NCBI RefSeq assembly: GCF_024521635.1 | Contig: NW_026250412.1 | Location: forward strand, 868,001-932,000 | Origin: Tricharina praecox | Taxonomy: Eukaryota | Length of the DNA stretch: 64,000 bases | Direction: 5' to 3' | Shown: piece by piece, positions 50,231-61,549 of the stretch | Layout: every line of letters begins with the position of its first letter | How positions within the stretch are numbered: the stretch's first letter is position 1 | Translations under genes and position numbers: made by a program | The notes under the pieces: generated by a model | What the model was told of the DNA's origin: nothing | Databases searched by the model: none | Seen by the model: only the letters and a program-made list of their open reading frames with translations

Positions 50231-50737
50231 TCAACGACCTCCACCACCCGCATCGCCACCGAACCATCCCAGCACCGTCTCGTTGACGCCATCGACTAGC
50301 TCCGTGAACCACTTCAACCAGCCCTCTTCCTCGCCATCATACTCGCGATCGCCCGCAAACCTGACGATGCCCGGCTCACTCCCATAGAACGCGGTGTCAT
50401 TACCGTTTTTCACGCCCATCGCATTGGTGTCCTGCACGTACTCACCCGGCGTCGGCGGCGTCATCACTGTCGGACTGCTCGCGTACGGCGTGGGCATCGA
50501 GGTTTGTATCGCCTGCGGTATGGCGGTGCGGATGGGGAGGCGCGGGACCGCGCCCGGCTGCGGAGCAGGTGGTGAGTCGGAGTCTGAACGCGAGGGCGGC
50601 GGCGAGGGCGTCGGAGCCGGTGGGGCGGCGGCGGTCGTCGTTGTGGTGACGATTGTTTTGGTCGGCGGCTCGACGATGGTGGTCGAGGGCGTGACGCCGT
50701 CGATGGTTTCGCCCGTGGTAGCTGGTGGGGAAGACAT
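50231..50737 (-). CDS. Hypothetical Pro/Thr-rich protein, 168 aa
   Basis: ATG-initiated single ORF with coding-like GC3 bias and an amphipathic C-terminus (WLKWFTELVDGVNETVLGWFG). No recognised domain. Confidence 0.6.
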   Translation of the reverse strand: MSSPPATTGETIDGVTPSTTIVEPPTKTIVTTTTTAAAPPAPTPSPPPSRSDSDSPPAPQPGAVPRLPIRTAIPQAIQTSMPTPYASSPTVMTPPTPGEYVQDTNAMGVKNGNDTAFYGSEPGIVRFAGDREYDGEEEGWLKWFTELVDGVNETVLGWFGGDAGGGGR

Positions 50738-51247
50738 ATTTGTTGGTTGTTACTTGCTGTGAAGATTTGGTGGGGGGGGGGGGGGGGGGAGGGGAGGAGA
50801 CAGATGGCGGGTTCACATAGTTTTTACGTTGGGGAGGGAGAAGTTTTGAATGAAGGTTGTAGGTGAAGGTTGTGGACATGACGTGGTGACGTCACGGAAG
50901 CTTGAGGCGAGCGAGGCGGTGGCGGCGATCAAACGGCCCCGCGGCTGACTGCATGCACCGCTGGGAGAGACGTAGAGTACCTACAGATATGACCATTTCA
51001 ATTCCGCAAATACAGCACAACATACAGAAACAACAGGGGGTGAGTTTAAAAAACACATAGGACGAGAAGAAGGGAGGGAAGAACACAACCTATCAAAATA
51101 GCAAAGGAAAAGAAACCCGAGTTAACCCCTCCGCGCCAACCCATTTACGAGCAACTCGATTTTACGAGGTGCAATCAGAGACATACATAAAGAAGAATGA
51201 AAGATTCGTACGTTGTTCGCACTGGGCATAGACACCCGAATCCCCAG

Positions 51248-52193
51248 CTAACAAGCACAACCCTCCTTTGCTCCTGTATGCGCGCCCTCAATGTTGACGA
51301 CTGGCGCCGCCTCGCCACCCCTCGCAGCACCACCGTGTCCCGGTCCTCTAGGCTTCAACGTGCTCTCGGGAATAGCATTAGCAATCGCCTCGAAGACAGC
51401 CTGAACATTCTCTCCGGATTTGGCGGAGGTCTCGTAAAACAGCAGGCTCTCCTCCTCGGCATACGCCTTCGCCTCTGCGGTAGAGATCGCGCGTTGGTCC
51501 TCAGCGTCGTCCTCCTCGTTGGAGTCCTGCACGGCACCCGCGAGATCCAACTTGTTTCCCACGAGCGCGATCACGATGCCGGGGCTGGCCTGGCGCTGAA
51601 GCTCTGCCACCCAGTGCTTCGCCTTCGTCAAGGAGGACGGCTTTGTGATGTCGTAGACTACCAGGGCGCTCTGCGCGTTGCGGTAGTACATCGGTGCCAA
51701 TGAGGCGAAACGTTCCTGACCAGCGGTATCCCTAGGTGTCGCGCATCAGTTGGGTCCCACCGTAGTAGAGTGAGCAGCCACGGGATAGCTACCAGATTTC
51801 AAACTTGATGGTGCGGGTTGGCAGGCTACATTTTTGTGTCAAGAACGCGGCTGTATGGTGGTGGTAAGTTAGTATTTCCCCATCCTATCTTACCACCGCG
51901 TGGGGATATGAACATACCGCCAATCGTGGGCTCCTTATTCTCTTGGAAGTCATCGTTGACGAACCGCAGAACCAGCGAGGACTGTGTGCACGGAACATAT
52001 GTAAGCTGTCTATCCTACTGTACACATCGGCACGCGATGAGCTGATCCCCCGCCATAGCCGATGAGCTGACGACGGGGGCTGGCGGAGGGAGGGCAAGGG
52101 GATAGAACTAACCTTTCCGACGGCAGCTTCTCCGAGAAGCACGAGCTTGACGCTGCTGCTGGGCTTAGGAGCTCCGCCTTCTGAGGACGCCAT
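51248..52193 (-). CDS. VPS21: Rab5-family GTPase Vps21/Ypt51 (exons 52193-52113, 51981-51918, 51850-51793, 51731-51248)
   Basis: [51 protein letters not shown]-terminal CAC prenylation motif. Confidence 0.93.
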
Positions 52194-52851
52194 CGCGGAT
52201 AGGTAGACGGTTGGTATGTGGTTGTTGTGGTGGTTGTTGTGGTGTGGCGGTGGGCTAGGTGCTAGAGCTCGTGATAAGCGAGAGGGTGTTGTTCTTTTGT
52301 TTATTTGTGTACAGGAGGGTGGCTCGTAGATTGGTTTGGGAGTTGCGGTTGTGGTGATGGTGAAGGGATAAGGTGAGGATATTTCGACGGCAGCTGTTGT
52401 CTGAGGTGACGACTTGCTTCAGGTATGGTCAGGTAAAGTTATGGAACTGGAACTCGGGTTTAGGCGGTTGCTTGGCTTCAGGTGAAATCATGTGACACAC
52501 GTCTCGCATAAAAAGGAATCGTTTGAATTCTTCTGACGACAGCGCTTACGGGGTTGAGCAAAGCAAGGCTCGTGGCGACACCCGAATCCTCCTCTTTGTT
52601 TCTGGAGCAGCGAGGTGGCGGCTCTTTCAGCCGCTCGTCATGATATCACTCGTAACGTTGGAGATAACGATAGATACCGTACTAGTCCTAGGGAGTATCT
52701 CTCCCCGATGATCGATCTACAACTGTCATCCTCACAGCCACTCACCCGCAAATCTGTCGGGTAACCCCCCCCCGCCAAGCCTAGTACAATCCAACCCAAA
52801 CTTTTCCACGTTCACCGCCCCACCAAGCTGTCTGCCACCCAAACCGTCACG

Positions 52852-53706
52852 ATGCTCCCACAAGTCCTCCGGCGAACGTTCTCGACGACCCCGCGGCGTC
52901 TCGTGGGGCCCGAGTCGCCCCAGTTCATCGAAGTCCCTCGCGCCCACCTCCCCAGAGTCGTCATCCCGTTCAGACCCAAAGGAATCCTCCCGGTGCCACG
53001 AACCATCTTCCCCGAGACCCGGCCGGACAAGGGCACGGCCGCATACCTGAAAAAGACGATCCCGAAGCCGCGGACGACTCGCGCCACGCCGTCGGATTCT
53101 GAGACGCGGGCGTTCCAGGAGTGGCAGGCGGCTATGGCCACGAAGCGCAGGAGTAATCTGCGCGAGGGATTGCACGAGATTAAGGAGAGGAAGGAGCACT
53201 ACGAGGAGAAGCGCGCGACCGCTTTCAAGGCCAGGAGTGTGCTGCGCGATCAGGCGCTGGAGAAGGCGCTCAGGAACGATGTTAGGCTCACCCTGCCGAG
53301 TGTGCTTAGCACGACCAGACTGCAGGAGAAGGGATTGCCAGATCCGAGGAGGGAGGAGAGGCTGAGGGAGATGAGCGCGAGGAGGAAGCAAATTTTGAAG
53401 GAGCGGAGCGCGGAGCGGCAAAGCATGGTACATGAATTGTACATGAGCGCCGGCGATTTCATCCTCACCGAAGCACAGCTGGATAAAGCTATCGATGAGA
53501 AGTTCAAGGATATGGATCTGAAGATAGGTTCTCCAGCTACGAGGCCGCCGACGGTCAGGGAGATGCTGGTGCAGAAGGATAGAATCAGCAAGGGAGAGGG
53601 ATTGAATATCGACGATAGCGACAATGTGATCCTGGAGGTGGGAGGTGCATTGACGGGTGGACGGATGCCAGTCAGCGCAACGTACTTGGGCAACCGGATT
53701 GGATAG
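52852..53706 (+). CDS. Mitochondrial small-subunit ribosomal protein, Pet123/mS26-like
   Basis: Mitochondrial presequence (MLPQVLRRTFSTTPRRL), GPESPQFIEVP...KGILPVPRTIF, RRSNLREGL, HELYMSAGDFILTEAQLDKAID. Basic and helical. Family assigned from recalled similarity only. Confidence 0.65.
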   Translation: MLPQVLRRTFSTTPRRLVGPESPQFIEVPRAHLPRVVIPFRPKGILPVPRTIFPETRPDKGTAAYLKKTIPKPRTTRATPSDSETRAFQEWQAAMATKRRSNLREGLHEIKERKEHYEEKRATAFKARSVLRDQALEKALRNDVRLTLPSVLSTTRLQEKGLPDPRREERLREMSARRKQILKERSAERQSMVHELYMSAGDFILTEAQLDKAIDEKFKDMDLKIGSPATRPPTVREMLVQKDRISKGEGLNIDDSDNVILEVGGALTGGRMPVSATYLGNRIG

Positions 53707-53952
53707 GTGAAGAAGGATTGGGACGTTTGACGTGTATTATAGCATCGCTTTTTTGCTTTCGTTTGTACCTTGATGCTGTGTACCATCAGGATTTCATCGG
53801 GGTATCAGTACAAGCCCGTCTTTCCCATCCATCTACCGACTTTTAATCCGAACAAGAAGCAAGAAACCCAGAAGATGCGCCACGCATATCCCATGCTCTA
53901 TAGTACAAATGATATTCCCCGTTGATCATCCCACATACAGCCAGTCATCAAA

Positions 53953-54923
53953 TCAATTCTTCGCCTCCAACGGCTTGATGCCCTTCCAGATGCTTGCCAC
54001 ACCAAAAGTCAACTCATCGTAGCCCCGTCCTGCCGTCAGGAACCCAGCATCCCTGATCATCTGGGCAAACTCCTGTTGCGAAGGGAACCGCTTGATGGAC
54101 TCAACCAGGTACTGGTAGCTGTCCCGATCTCCAGCAACAAGCTGTCCCATCAACGGAATAACACTAAACGAGTACTGCTGGTAAATGGCCTCCAACGGCG
54201 CCGGCGACACCTTCGAGAACTCCATGCACGCAAATACACCACCAGGCTTAAGCACCCTGTGGGCACTCTTCAATGCCTCCTGGATGCGAGTGACATTCCG
54301 GATACCAAAGGAGATGGTGTACAGATCGACCGAATTGCTCGGAATGGTGCTGAGCGTCTCTGCGTCCTCGACCTTGAACGAGATGCGGTTGGATGGGAGG
54401 TATCCGGCGGCCAAGGCGCGCTTCTCGCCCTCCCGCAACATGTCCCCGTTGATGTCGGCGACTACTACCGACGTCTCGAAATCGTGGTGGACCTTGGCCG
54501 CGTTGTCGAGCATGCGGAAGGCGATGTCGCCTGTTCCGCCGGCTACATCGAGAATTTTGAGTGATTGACCACCGGGCTTGCGGCCGGGGTCGAGCGAGCG
54601 GACGAAGTGGTCCTTCCAGAGACGGTGGACTCCGAAGGACATGACGTCGTTCATAGTGTCGTAGGAGGCGGCGACTGAGGAGAAGACATCGTGGACTGCA
54701 AACACAGCGTGAGAAGCAAGGACGACAGTCCGACAAAAAAATAATCACCTTTGCTAGCCTTTAGCGATTCTTTCACAGTTTGGAAGCCAAAATGTGTTTC
54801 TTTATCGGCGGCGTTGCTGTTATTGGAGCCGTCGCGAGGGCCCTGAGAGGCGGAGTAGAACCGAGGTGAGACTGCCAGCAAACGCCTCGAAGCAGCTGTC
54901 CGGTAGAGAGATCTGGTGGCCAT
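53953..54923 (-). CDS. COQ5: 2-methoxy-6-polyprenyl-1,4-benzoquinol methylase, mitochondrial (exons 54923-54749, 54695-53953)
   Basis: THFGFQTV, VFSSVAASYDTMNDVMSFGVHRLWK, LDVAGGTGDIAF, TISFGIRNVT, LKPGG..CMEFS, YQYLVESI. Confidence 0.95.
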
Positions 54924-55362
54924 TCCGGAAGTAATTGACTTCAGTTTTCAGTGTTTCTTTGGGTTCTTCTTCTCTGTCCGAGACTTTTTTTTCGTGGGAT
55001 AGTTGGGTGTTACTGTTGTTACGTAGAGCGCTACTCTCGGACGTAAGCAGTGCGGATAAAATTTACCCGGCGACTCAACCAGGGAACGCGAACTCATTCT
55101 CATCTTTTGAAGCGCGCGATTCCCCCTTCGATCGCGAGTCACCACCCATCCACCCGATTCCATCGCAATCAACACCCCCAAAATTATTCGCCGCATCGAA
55201 AATCTCGTTACGGTCTCTTCTGCCGCAGGGAATCTTCACAGCAGCCATCTCGCGCGATCTCTTCTGCTCATTTATACAGCGCAATATCGACTTGATTCAG
55301 GGAGGCGCCGTCATCTAAACACGCAGAGATTGACACCTAGCTACAACTACAAATAACCCACC

Positions 55363-57624
55363 ATGAACGGCGATAGCTACTCTTCGAGGGGCGGTGGTAA
55401 GTCTGTTCTTTGGCAATGTCTGAGACCGTATGCTAATTGCGGCGCCGGCGTTCAGACAGATACGGCGGTCACTCGTCCACCCGTGAATACCACGTACGTT
55501 GCCGCACCCGAAATCTCTGAATAGAGCGATGGCTGACATACGTCCGCAGACTTCTGATCGTCGCAGGGACAGGGACAGGGGGGACCACCACGAGCGCCCC
55601 GAACGCACCGAACGCACCGAACGCCCCGAACGCCCCGAACGCCCCGAACGCACCGAGCGCCCTGAACGCGGAGACCGTGGAGACCGTGGAGATCGTGGGG
55701 ACCGCCGTCGCGAACGCACCCGGTCTCCTGGCCACCGCAGATCCCGACGCGAGGAGTTCTATGGAGGCGATGCCCCTCCTGCCGCTACTGGTGGAGATCG
55801 CGATAGATACAGGGAGCGTGACGACCGATACGGAGGACGCGACAGAGGTGACAGGGGCGGCGACAGGGAGTTCGAGCGCGAGCGCGGAGACCGTAGACGC
55901 GGGGGTGGTGGTGGTGACAGACGTGGTGACCGTAGTGGCAGACACGAGGACCCGCGGGGTGCGAGGGATCCGTTTTCTCGCAGACGTTCGGCTACCCCGC
56001 CACCGAAGAGAAAGGAGCCTACCCCCGACTTGACTGATGTAGCGCCCATCACCGAAAGGAAGAGGCGGATGACCATGTGGGATATCAAGCCTCAGGGCTA
56101 TGAGAATGTCACTTCCGAACAAGCGAAGCTGTCAGGTGGGTTTTCCGACATCGGTAGCTTGTTTGCGTTGATATGATATCTAATGTTGTATAGGCATGTT
56201 CCCACTCCCTGGCGCACCGAGACAGGCTCCTATGGATCCCACTAGGCTCCACGCGTTTATGACGCAGCCAAACAGCGTCGCCACGGCCTCCGCCCTGAAA
56301 CCGACGAACTCGCGCCAGGCGAAGCGTCTCCTTGTCAGCGGCGTTCCCCAAGGCACTGACGAAGAAACCCTTCTGCAGTTTTTCAACCAGCTTCTTGCCT
56401 CTCTTAACGTCACTACAGGTGGTCCTGATCCTGTGACCCTGGTACAGCTTAACTCGGACAAGTCGTTGGGTATGGTTGAGTTCAAGAACACCCTCGATAC
56501 TACAGTGTGCTTGGCTTTCTCTGGGATCGAGTTTGGCGGATCGAAGTTGGAGATCAGACGGCCGAAAGACTACATCGTGCCGCTCGTTGTTGACGATGGC
56601 ACTGAGACTGAGCCCGGCCAGATCAGCAGCAATGTTCCGGATACACCAAACAAGATCCTCGTATCGAGAATACCCGAGTATCTTCAGGATGAACAGGTGA
56701 TTGAGCTGCTCAAGAGTTTTGGAGAACTAAAGGCGTTTGTGCTTGTCAAGGAATCCACAGATGAAGTTTCGAAGGTATTATTTTCCCTACATACTAACCT
56801 ACCACTACATACCTTTGACTTACCCCCCTTTGCCCCTCGTTCAAGAAAACTACAATCCTTTTTGCTCGCACATTACAAGTCAAAGGTATTCTTGCAAAAT
56901 AGGATACAGTTATTAACCTAAGCCTCCCGGACTTTCCGCCTGCGGATTGAATTTTTAGGGCATTGCTTTCTGCGAATACCAGGATCCCGCGGCTACCGAC
57001 ATCGCCGTTGAGGGCCTTAATAATATGGAGCTTGGAGACAGCTCTCTGCGGGTTCAGCGTGCATCCATTGGAATGAAGCAGGCTGCCGGAGTCGAGATGG
57101 GTGTTAACGCCATGGCGATGATGGCTGGAACCACCAGTGCCGACTTGGAAGCGAGTAGGGTTCTGCAGTTGCTCAACATGGTGACACCCGAGGAGTTGAT
57201 GGACCCCGACGAGTACGAGGGTAAGTTACTGCATTTCCTGCTACATTTGGAAGTGAGTACTGATCGGAATTACAGAAATCTGCGAGGATATCAAGGATGA
57301 GTGCCATAAGTTTGGTAAACTTGTGGATCTCAAGGTTCCCCGACCTAGTGGCGGTTCGAGACAGACAGCCGGTGTCGGAAAGGTTTGTTCCCATCGTCAC
57401 TGAATTTTCAGGGTGTGTTACTGACATCAGTCGATTGTAGATTTTCGTCCGCTTCGAGACTCTTGAGTCGGCCGCCACGGCACTCAAGTCCCTCGCCGGC
57501 CGGAAGTTCGCCGACAGGACTGTCGTGTGCACTTTCTTCTCCGAGGTATGTTCACACGCTGCTTCTCGCTAATGCATATAATCTAACACCGTACCAGGAA
57601 AACTACGAAGTCGGTGCGTTCTAA
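55363..57624 (+). CDS. U2AF2: Splicing factor U2AF large subunit (U2AF65/Prp2/Mud2 family), 8 exons: 55363-55396, 55456-55493, 55550-56135, 56194-56774, 56959-57220, 57276-57382, 57441-57545, 57598-57624
   Basis: R/D/E-rich N-terminus, ULM (RKRRMTMWDIKPQGYE), RRM1 (SRQAKRL...IRRPKDY), RRM2 (GIAFCEY), UHM (VLQLLNMVTPEEL...GRKFADRTV). All seven introns are GT-AG and keep the frame. Confidence 0.94.
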
Positions 57625-58025
57625 GTACGGACAGGTGGGACAGGGGCAGCGGTAGCGATAGTGCGAAGGCGAACGAGTTAATCGACCGAATAAAACGTTT
57701 TGTATTGCGAAGAACATGAGTGGTGTGTGCTAAGGAGGGAAGGGGATGGATGGACGCGGACGCCCAGGGACGTGTATGATGTTCTTTTTTTTTTGCCAGT
57801 TCGTTGATGTGTTCACCTACCTATCTGCCTTTCTTGTCTTGTTTGATGATGTCGTAACCGCTTTAGTACGCGTGACTGAGAGAAAGTTAGTCTCCTGTTT
57901 GTTTGCATTACTTCAGTTCTGCAATTGTACGTAGCTCGCCAATGTATCCCATGTTCACACAATCTCACTCGTCATTGGCATAGGTACATGTGATGGATCG
58001 ATAATGTGTATGTGCATATTCTCCA

Positions 58026-58152
58026 GCGCCACATCGAACTAGTCGGTACCGGGGCTTTCACATTGACCGGCCCGGGCGGACAGGAAAAGGAGTGCATTGG
58101 TTCGCCATAGTCTAGATAGGCTGCATGAGAAATATATTGATGTTCTCTCTTG
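58026..58152 (+). mobile_element. 5'-truncated retroposon 3' end (same family as the 23.8 kb and 47.6 kb copies)
   Basis: About 110 bp colinear with the reverse complement of 23800-23910. Ends in a TCTCTC tail. Flanked by GTGCATAttCTCCA / GTGCATAccCTCCA (14 bp, two C/T differences). Confidence 0.75.
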
Positions 58153-58493
58153 GTGCATACCCTCCATCCCTCCCACAAGACAGGCACACCCTTTGATGGC
58201 TTTCAAGTGCAAGTGCTTGGGCTGTTCGAGGGCGGGTCGGCCGGGAGGTGGGTAGTCCAGGAGCGAGAGTGAATCAGGACAGTGATGGTGAGGTCATATA
58301 ATTTGCGGAGCAACTCACAGTCGGTTCAGCGACTCACAGCGTCGGTCCAGCAACTCACACAGTCGGCAAGGCCACTCACACATTTTACGGAGCTACTCGA
58401 AACAGTGAGAACAAGATTGCATACCTGTCTGCAGTAAACTGGTCACAGTTGAAATCTTCTCCACTGGGACCCAGCGGACCTGTGTGGGAGCGG

Positions 58494-58592
58494 AGGAGAG
58501 CAGAGGAGAACAGAGGAGAGCAGAGCAGAGGAGAGCAGAGCAGAGGAGAGCAGAGGAGAGCAGAGCAGACCAGGGCAGAGGAGAGGAGAGCA
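58494..58592. repeat. (GAGCA/GAG)n compound microsatellite
   Basis: Directly visible. Confidence 0.85.
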
Positions 58593-59004
58593 GGGGGCTG
58601 GTTCCTCCGCTGAAGGTGCATGAACGGCACAAACCAGTCAAAACAAGACGGCATACCTATGATGGCATACCTATGATGGTGGTACACCAGCCACAATTGA
58701 AATCCACTTCACGGCAGTCCAGCGAACTTGTGGGAGAGCAGAGGGAGATCAGAGGGGGATCGGGGCAGCGGGGGCGGATCCTGCCGGAGAAGGTGCATGA
58801 AACGCAGCTACCTACCTACCGGATCCGGGCATCGGTAAGTACCAGTGTATGCCCTTCCTTCTAATTGGATGGCCAACACAGGGGGTACTCACTAGGTTTG
58901 AGAAAGGTGGATGGGTGTGTAGACCTTGAGGGACAGAACATCTGCCCACTTGTGACTCAGTGGGAACAGTGAGTCAGGTATGGACTGGGGGGGTTGTCCT
59001 CCTG

Positions 59005-59072
59005 TATAAATACTACCCCGCTCCCTGCTCCTCGCTCTCCCTCCCCTTCCGTTATAAATACTACCCCGCTCC
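59005..59072 (+). promoter_or_regulatory. Duplicated TATA-containing 20-mer TATAAATACTACCCCGCTCC, probable core promoter of the SRA gene
   Basis: Exact copies at 59005 and 59053, each followed by a CT-rich tract, about 700 bp upstream of ATG 59753. Confidence 0.55.
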
Positions 59073-59087
59073 TCGCTCCTCCTCCTT

Positions 59088-59255
59088 CCTGAGAACCAAC
59101 AGTCTACACACTATTACCTGAGAATCTGCATCCTTCAAACTCTTACCTGAGAATCAGAATCCTTCACATTCTTGCCTGAGAATCTGCATCCTTCACACTC
59201 TTGCCTGAGAATCAGAATCCTTCACTTTCTTGCCTGAGAATCAGCATCTTGCACT
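59088..59255. repeat. 29-bp minisatellite x6 (CCTGAGAATCWGMATCCTTCAMACTCTTR)
   Basis: CCTGAGAA recurs at 59088, 59117, 59146, 59175, 59204 and 59233. Confidence 0.93.
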
Positions 59256-59352
59256 TTAAGAAGGGGTGACAGCCAAAACCCATACCAAGAACCCTACCAA
59301 GAACCTGGAGATTTTTATATCCCCAAGTTGAAGAACCACAGTCTGTTGGGTG

Positions 59353-59648
59353 TCTGCTGTTGTGTAGGTGCCACAATCGATTCGAGATATCTTCACTATC
59401 AACTAACACCTGCTAGCAGACCCGATCGATATCGAACCTTCTCTACTGAGGAGCCCAAAGGCTGCTGGGACTCTGCTGTTGTTGTAGGTACTACAGTCGA
59501 ATCGAGATATCTTCACCATTAACTAACACCTGCTAGCAGACCCGATCGATATCGAACCTCCTCTACTGAGGAGCCAAAGGCTGCTGGTACTCTGCTGTTG
59601 ATGTAGGTACTACAGTCGAATCGAGATATCTTCACCGTCAACTAACAC
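59353..59648. repeat. ~120-bp tandem repeat, 2.5 units
   Basis: AACTAACAC recurs at 59401, 59521 and 59640 with near-identical flanks. Confidence 0.93.
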
Positions 59649-59752
59649 ACCGTCTCATATACAGGACGAGGCTCTAGGTCGTCAAGCTGACGATATCCTC
59701 CGCACGCGAGAAAGCACCTTCACCCTTACCATCCCGCGCATCTGTTTTAACC

Positions 59753-60991
59753 ATGGCTCCGAAGAGGAAGCTATCGTTCAACCAGATCGTCGGTCGCGGC
59801 CGCCATGCTTCGGCACGGCAGGTTCCGTATTCAGCACGTTCGCCCCGTGTCCGTCCCGCCCCTCTTCCCGCCCCGACTACTCATCAGCCGGATTTTATCC
59901 CTCCGCCAACCTCCAGCGCTCCTGCCATTTCTTGCAAGCGTCTGAATGGGTACCGTCTGCTGCTCGAGCGAATGCTACCTGCACCTAGAGAGAGGGAGGC
60001 CATTGAAAAGATGCGCAGCAACTTGATCAACATTCTGTTGAAGTTGAGTGTGTACTCTTTTCATGGCCGGGAAGAGGACTTTCAGCCGAGCGGGATCATG
60101 ATTCCCGTCAAGGCGCTGTCGGAGACGGCGGTTCTCGGGGAGGACTTGCAGGAGATGGCAAGGGAGTTGTGTGCCAAGTGGGAGGAGGGGGATTTGGCAC
60201 AGAGGTTACTCACTGCCGGCCCCGCACCGACCCCGGAGCCAGAGGATGAGGAAGAGGCCGATGGTGAAGAGGTGATGGCACACCCTGATCACGAGGATGG
60301 GGAGGATGAGAACGTCCCCCCACTCGATGATCAGACGGTGATGCCCGTTTACGAGCAGATGGTGGTAGGAGTAATCCACCACATCTCTCCAGCCGGCAAG
60401 AAGTATCCCAAGTTGGCGAGCCCAGGACGTCCAGCTAACCGGTTCGGCCACAACGGCATCGACCTAGGCACATGGTGGCCACTGCAGATTTGTGTGCGCC
60501 GCGATGGAGCCCATGGTGCGCCTGTTGCGGGCATTTATGGACAGTTAGATGTCGGGGCATTCTCGGTTATCTCGTCGGGTGGCAGTGGGTATGAGGCCAC
60601 CGATGAGGATAACGGGGATGTCCTGTTCTACTCTGGAACCAATGGGTGGAAGGCCAACGGGGATACGGGGCCTGTGCTAACGACGCACACGAAGGTGCTC
60701 ATGCGAAGCTACGAGAACCAACGGCCCGTACGGGTCGTCAGGGCTAAGGGAGCGAGCAAATGGGCGCCGAGTGTTGGCTATCGTTACGACGGTTTGTATA
60801 CCGTTGTGGAGCACGAGGTTGCCACGAGGAAGGTGAAGGGAACGAACGCGGAGGAGGGCTACTACCGCTTCAAGATGGTCCGGTGTGATGGTCAGGAGCC
60901 GCTAGTAGATATCCGCGCTCGGAGTCCGACGCTGGTGGAGAGGGCCGCATACAAGAGGTATGAGGAGCTTAGACCCTCCCTATATCAGTAG
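59753..60991 (+). CDS. SRA-YDG (SAD/SRA) domain protein, putative methylcytosine reader, without SET or RING domain
   Basis: FGHNGIDLGTWW...RDGAHGAPVAGIYG...GAFSVISSGG.GYE..DED.GD.LFYSG...RPVRVVR...APSVGYRYDGLY.V...F.MVR..GQ. N-terminal NLS MAPKRK. Intronless 412-aa ORF. Confidence 0.9.
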   Translation: MAPKRKLSFNQIVGRGRHASARQVPYSARSPRVRPAPLPAPTTHQPDFIPPPTSSAPAISCKRLNGYRLLLERMLPAPREREAIEKMRSNLINILLKLSVYSFHGREEDFQPSGIMIPVKALSETAVLGEDLQEMARELCAKWEEGDLAQRLLTAGPAPTPEPEDEEEADGEEVMAHPDHEDGEDENVPPLDDQTVMPVYEQMVVGVIHHISPAGKKYPKLASPGRPANRFGHNGIDLGTWWPLQICVRRDGAHGAPVAGIYGQLDVGAFSVISSGGSGYEATDEDNGDVLFYSGTNGWKANGDTGPVLTTHTKVLMRSYENQRPVRVVRAKGASKWAPSVGYRYDGLYTVVEHEVATRKVKGTNAEEGYYRFKMVRCDGQEPLVDIRARSPTLVERAAYKRYEELRPSLYQ

Positions 60992-61549
60992 GGAGTGGTG
61001 GAAAGAATCGCCGTCGACAGTGGTGATGATTTGAATGGAGAAGTTTTCACACAAAGAAGTTGTTACATGGGAAAGGTTTTACATTGGGAAGGTTTTGCAT
61101 GGGGAAGTTTTTACATGAGCAAGTTATTGCATACTTAGGGAAGCTGTTGTGTGAGGAATCTATTGTGTTACCTCCATTGTACCTGTAGAAGCACCGATAA
61201 TATCCACCGCGTACTGAGTATGCCTTCCAGTAGCAGCGTTTATAGAACATCTCTCATACAATTCCTTGAAATGTGGAAGGCTGTGCACTAGGTATTGAAA
61301 CCATCTACCGCACACTCTCCAGTACCAGAGGCCCAGATATCTCGGAGTCACATCTCGGTGTGGCCCAGTGTCAGTCAACCTCACTGATAGGTAGTCTTCC
61401 GCACCTCATTCCTACATAGCTCCATCCTTCAAGTCATTGTCGAGTTACTAGCCCATACGCTACAATGTGGTTTCCCTGCCACGCCGCTCCGCCGCCCCGC
61501 CCTGTCCCGACGATACATGAGCTCACCAAAGAAATAACACTAGGAAAAG

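Noticed and set aside
59088-59648. Regularly spaced repeats resembling a CRISPR array
   Set aside because: Units are contiguous with no unique spacers, the DNA is eukaryotic and no cas genes are present.
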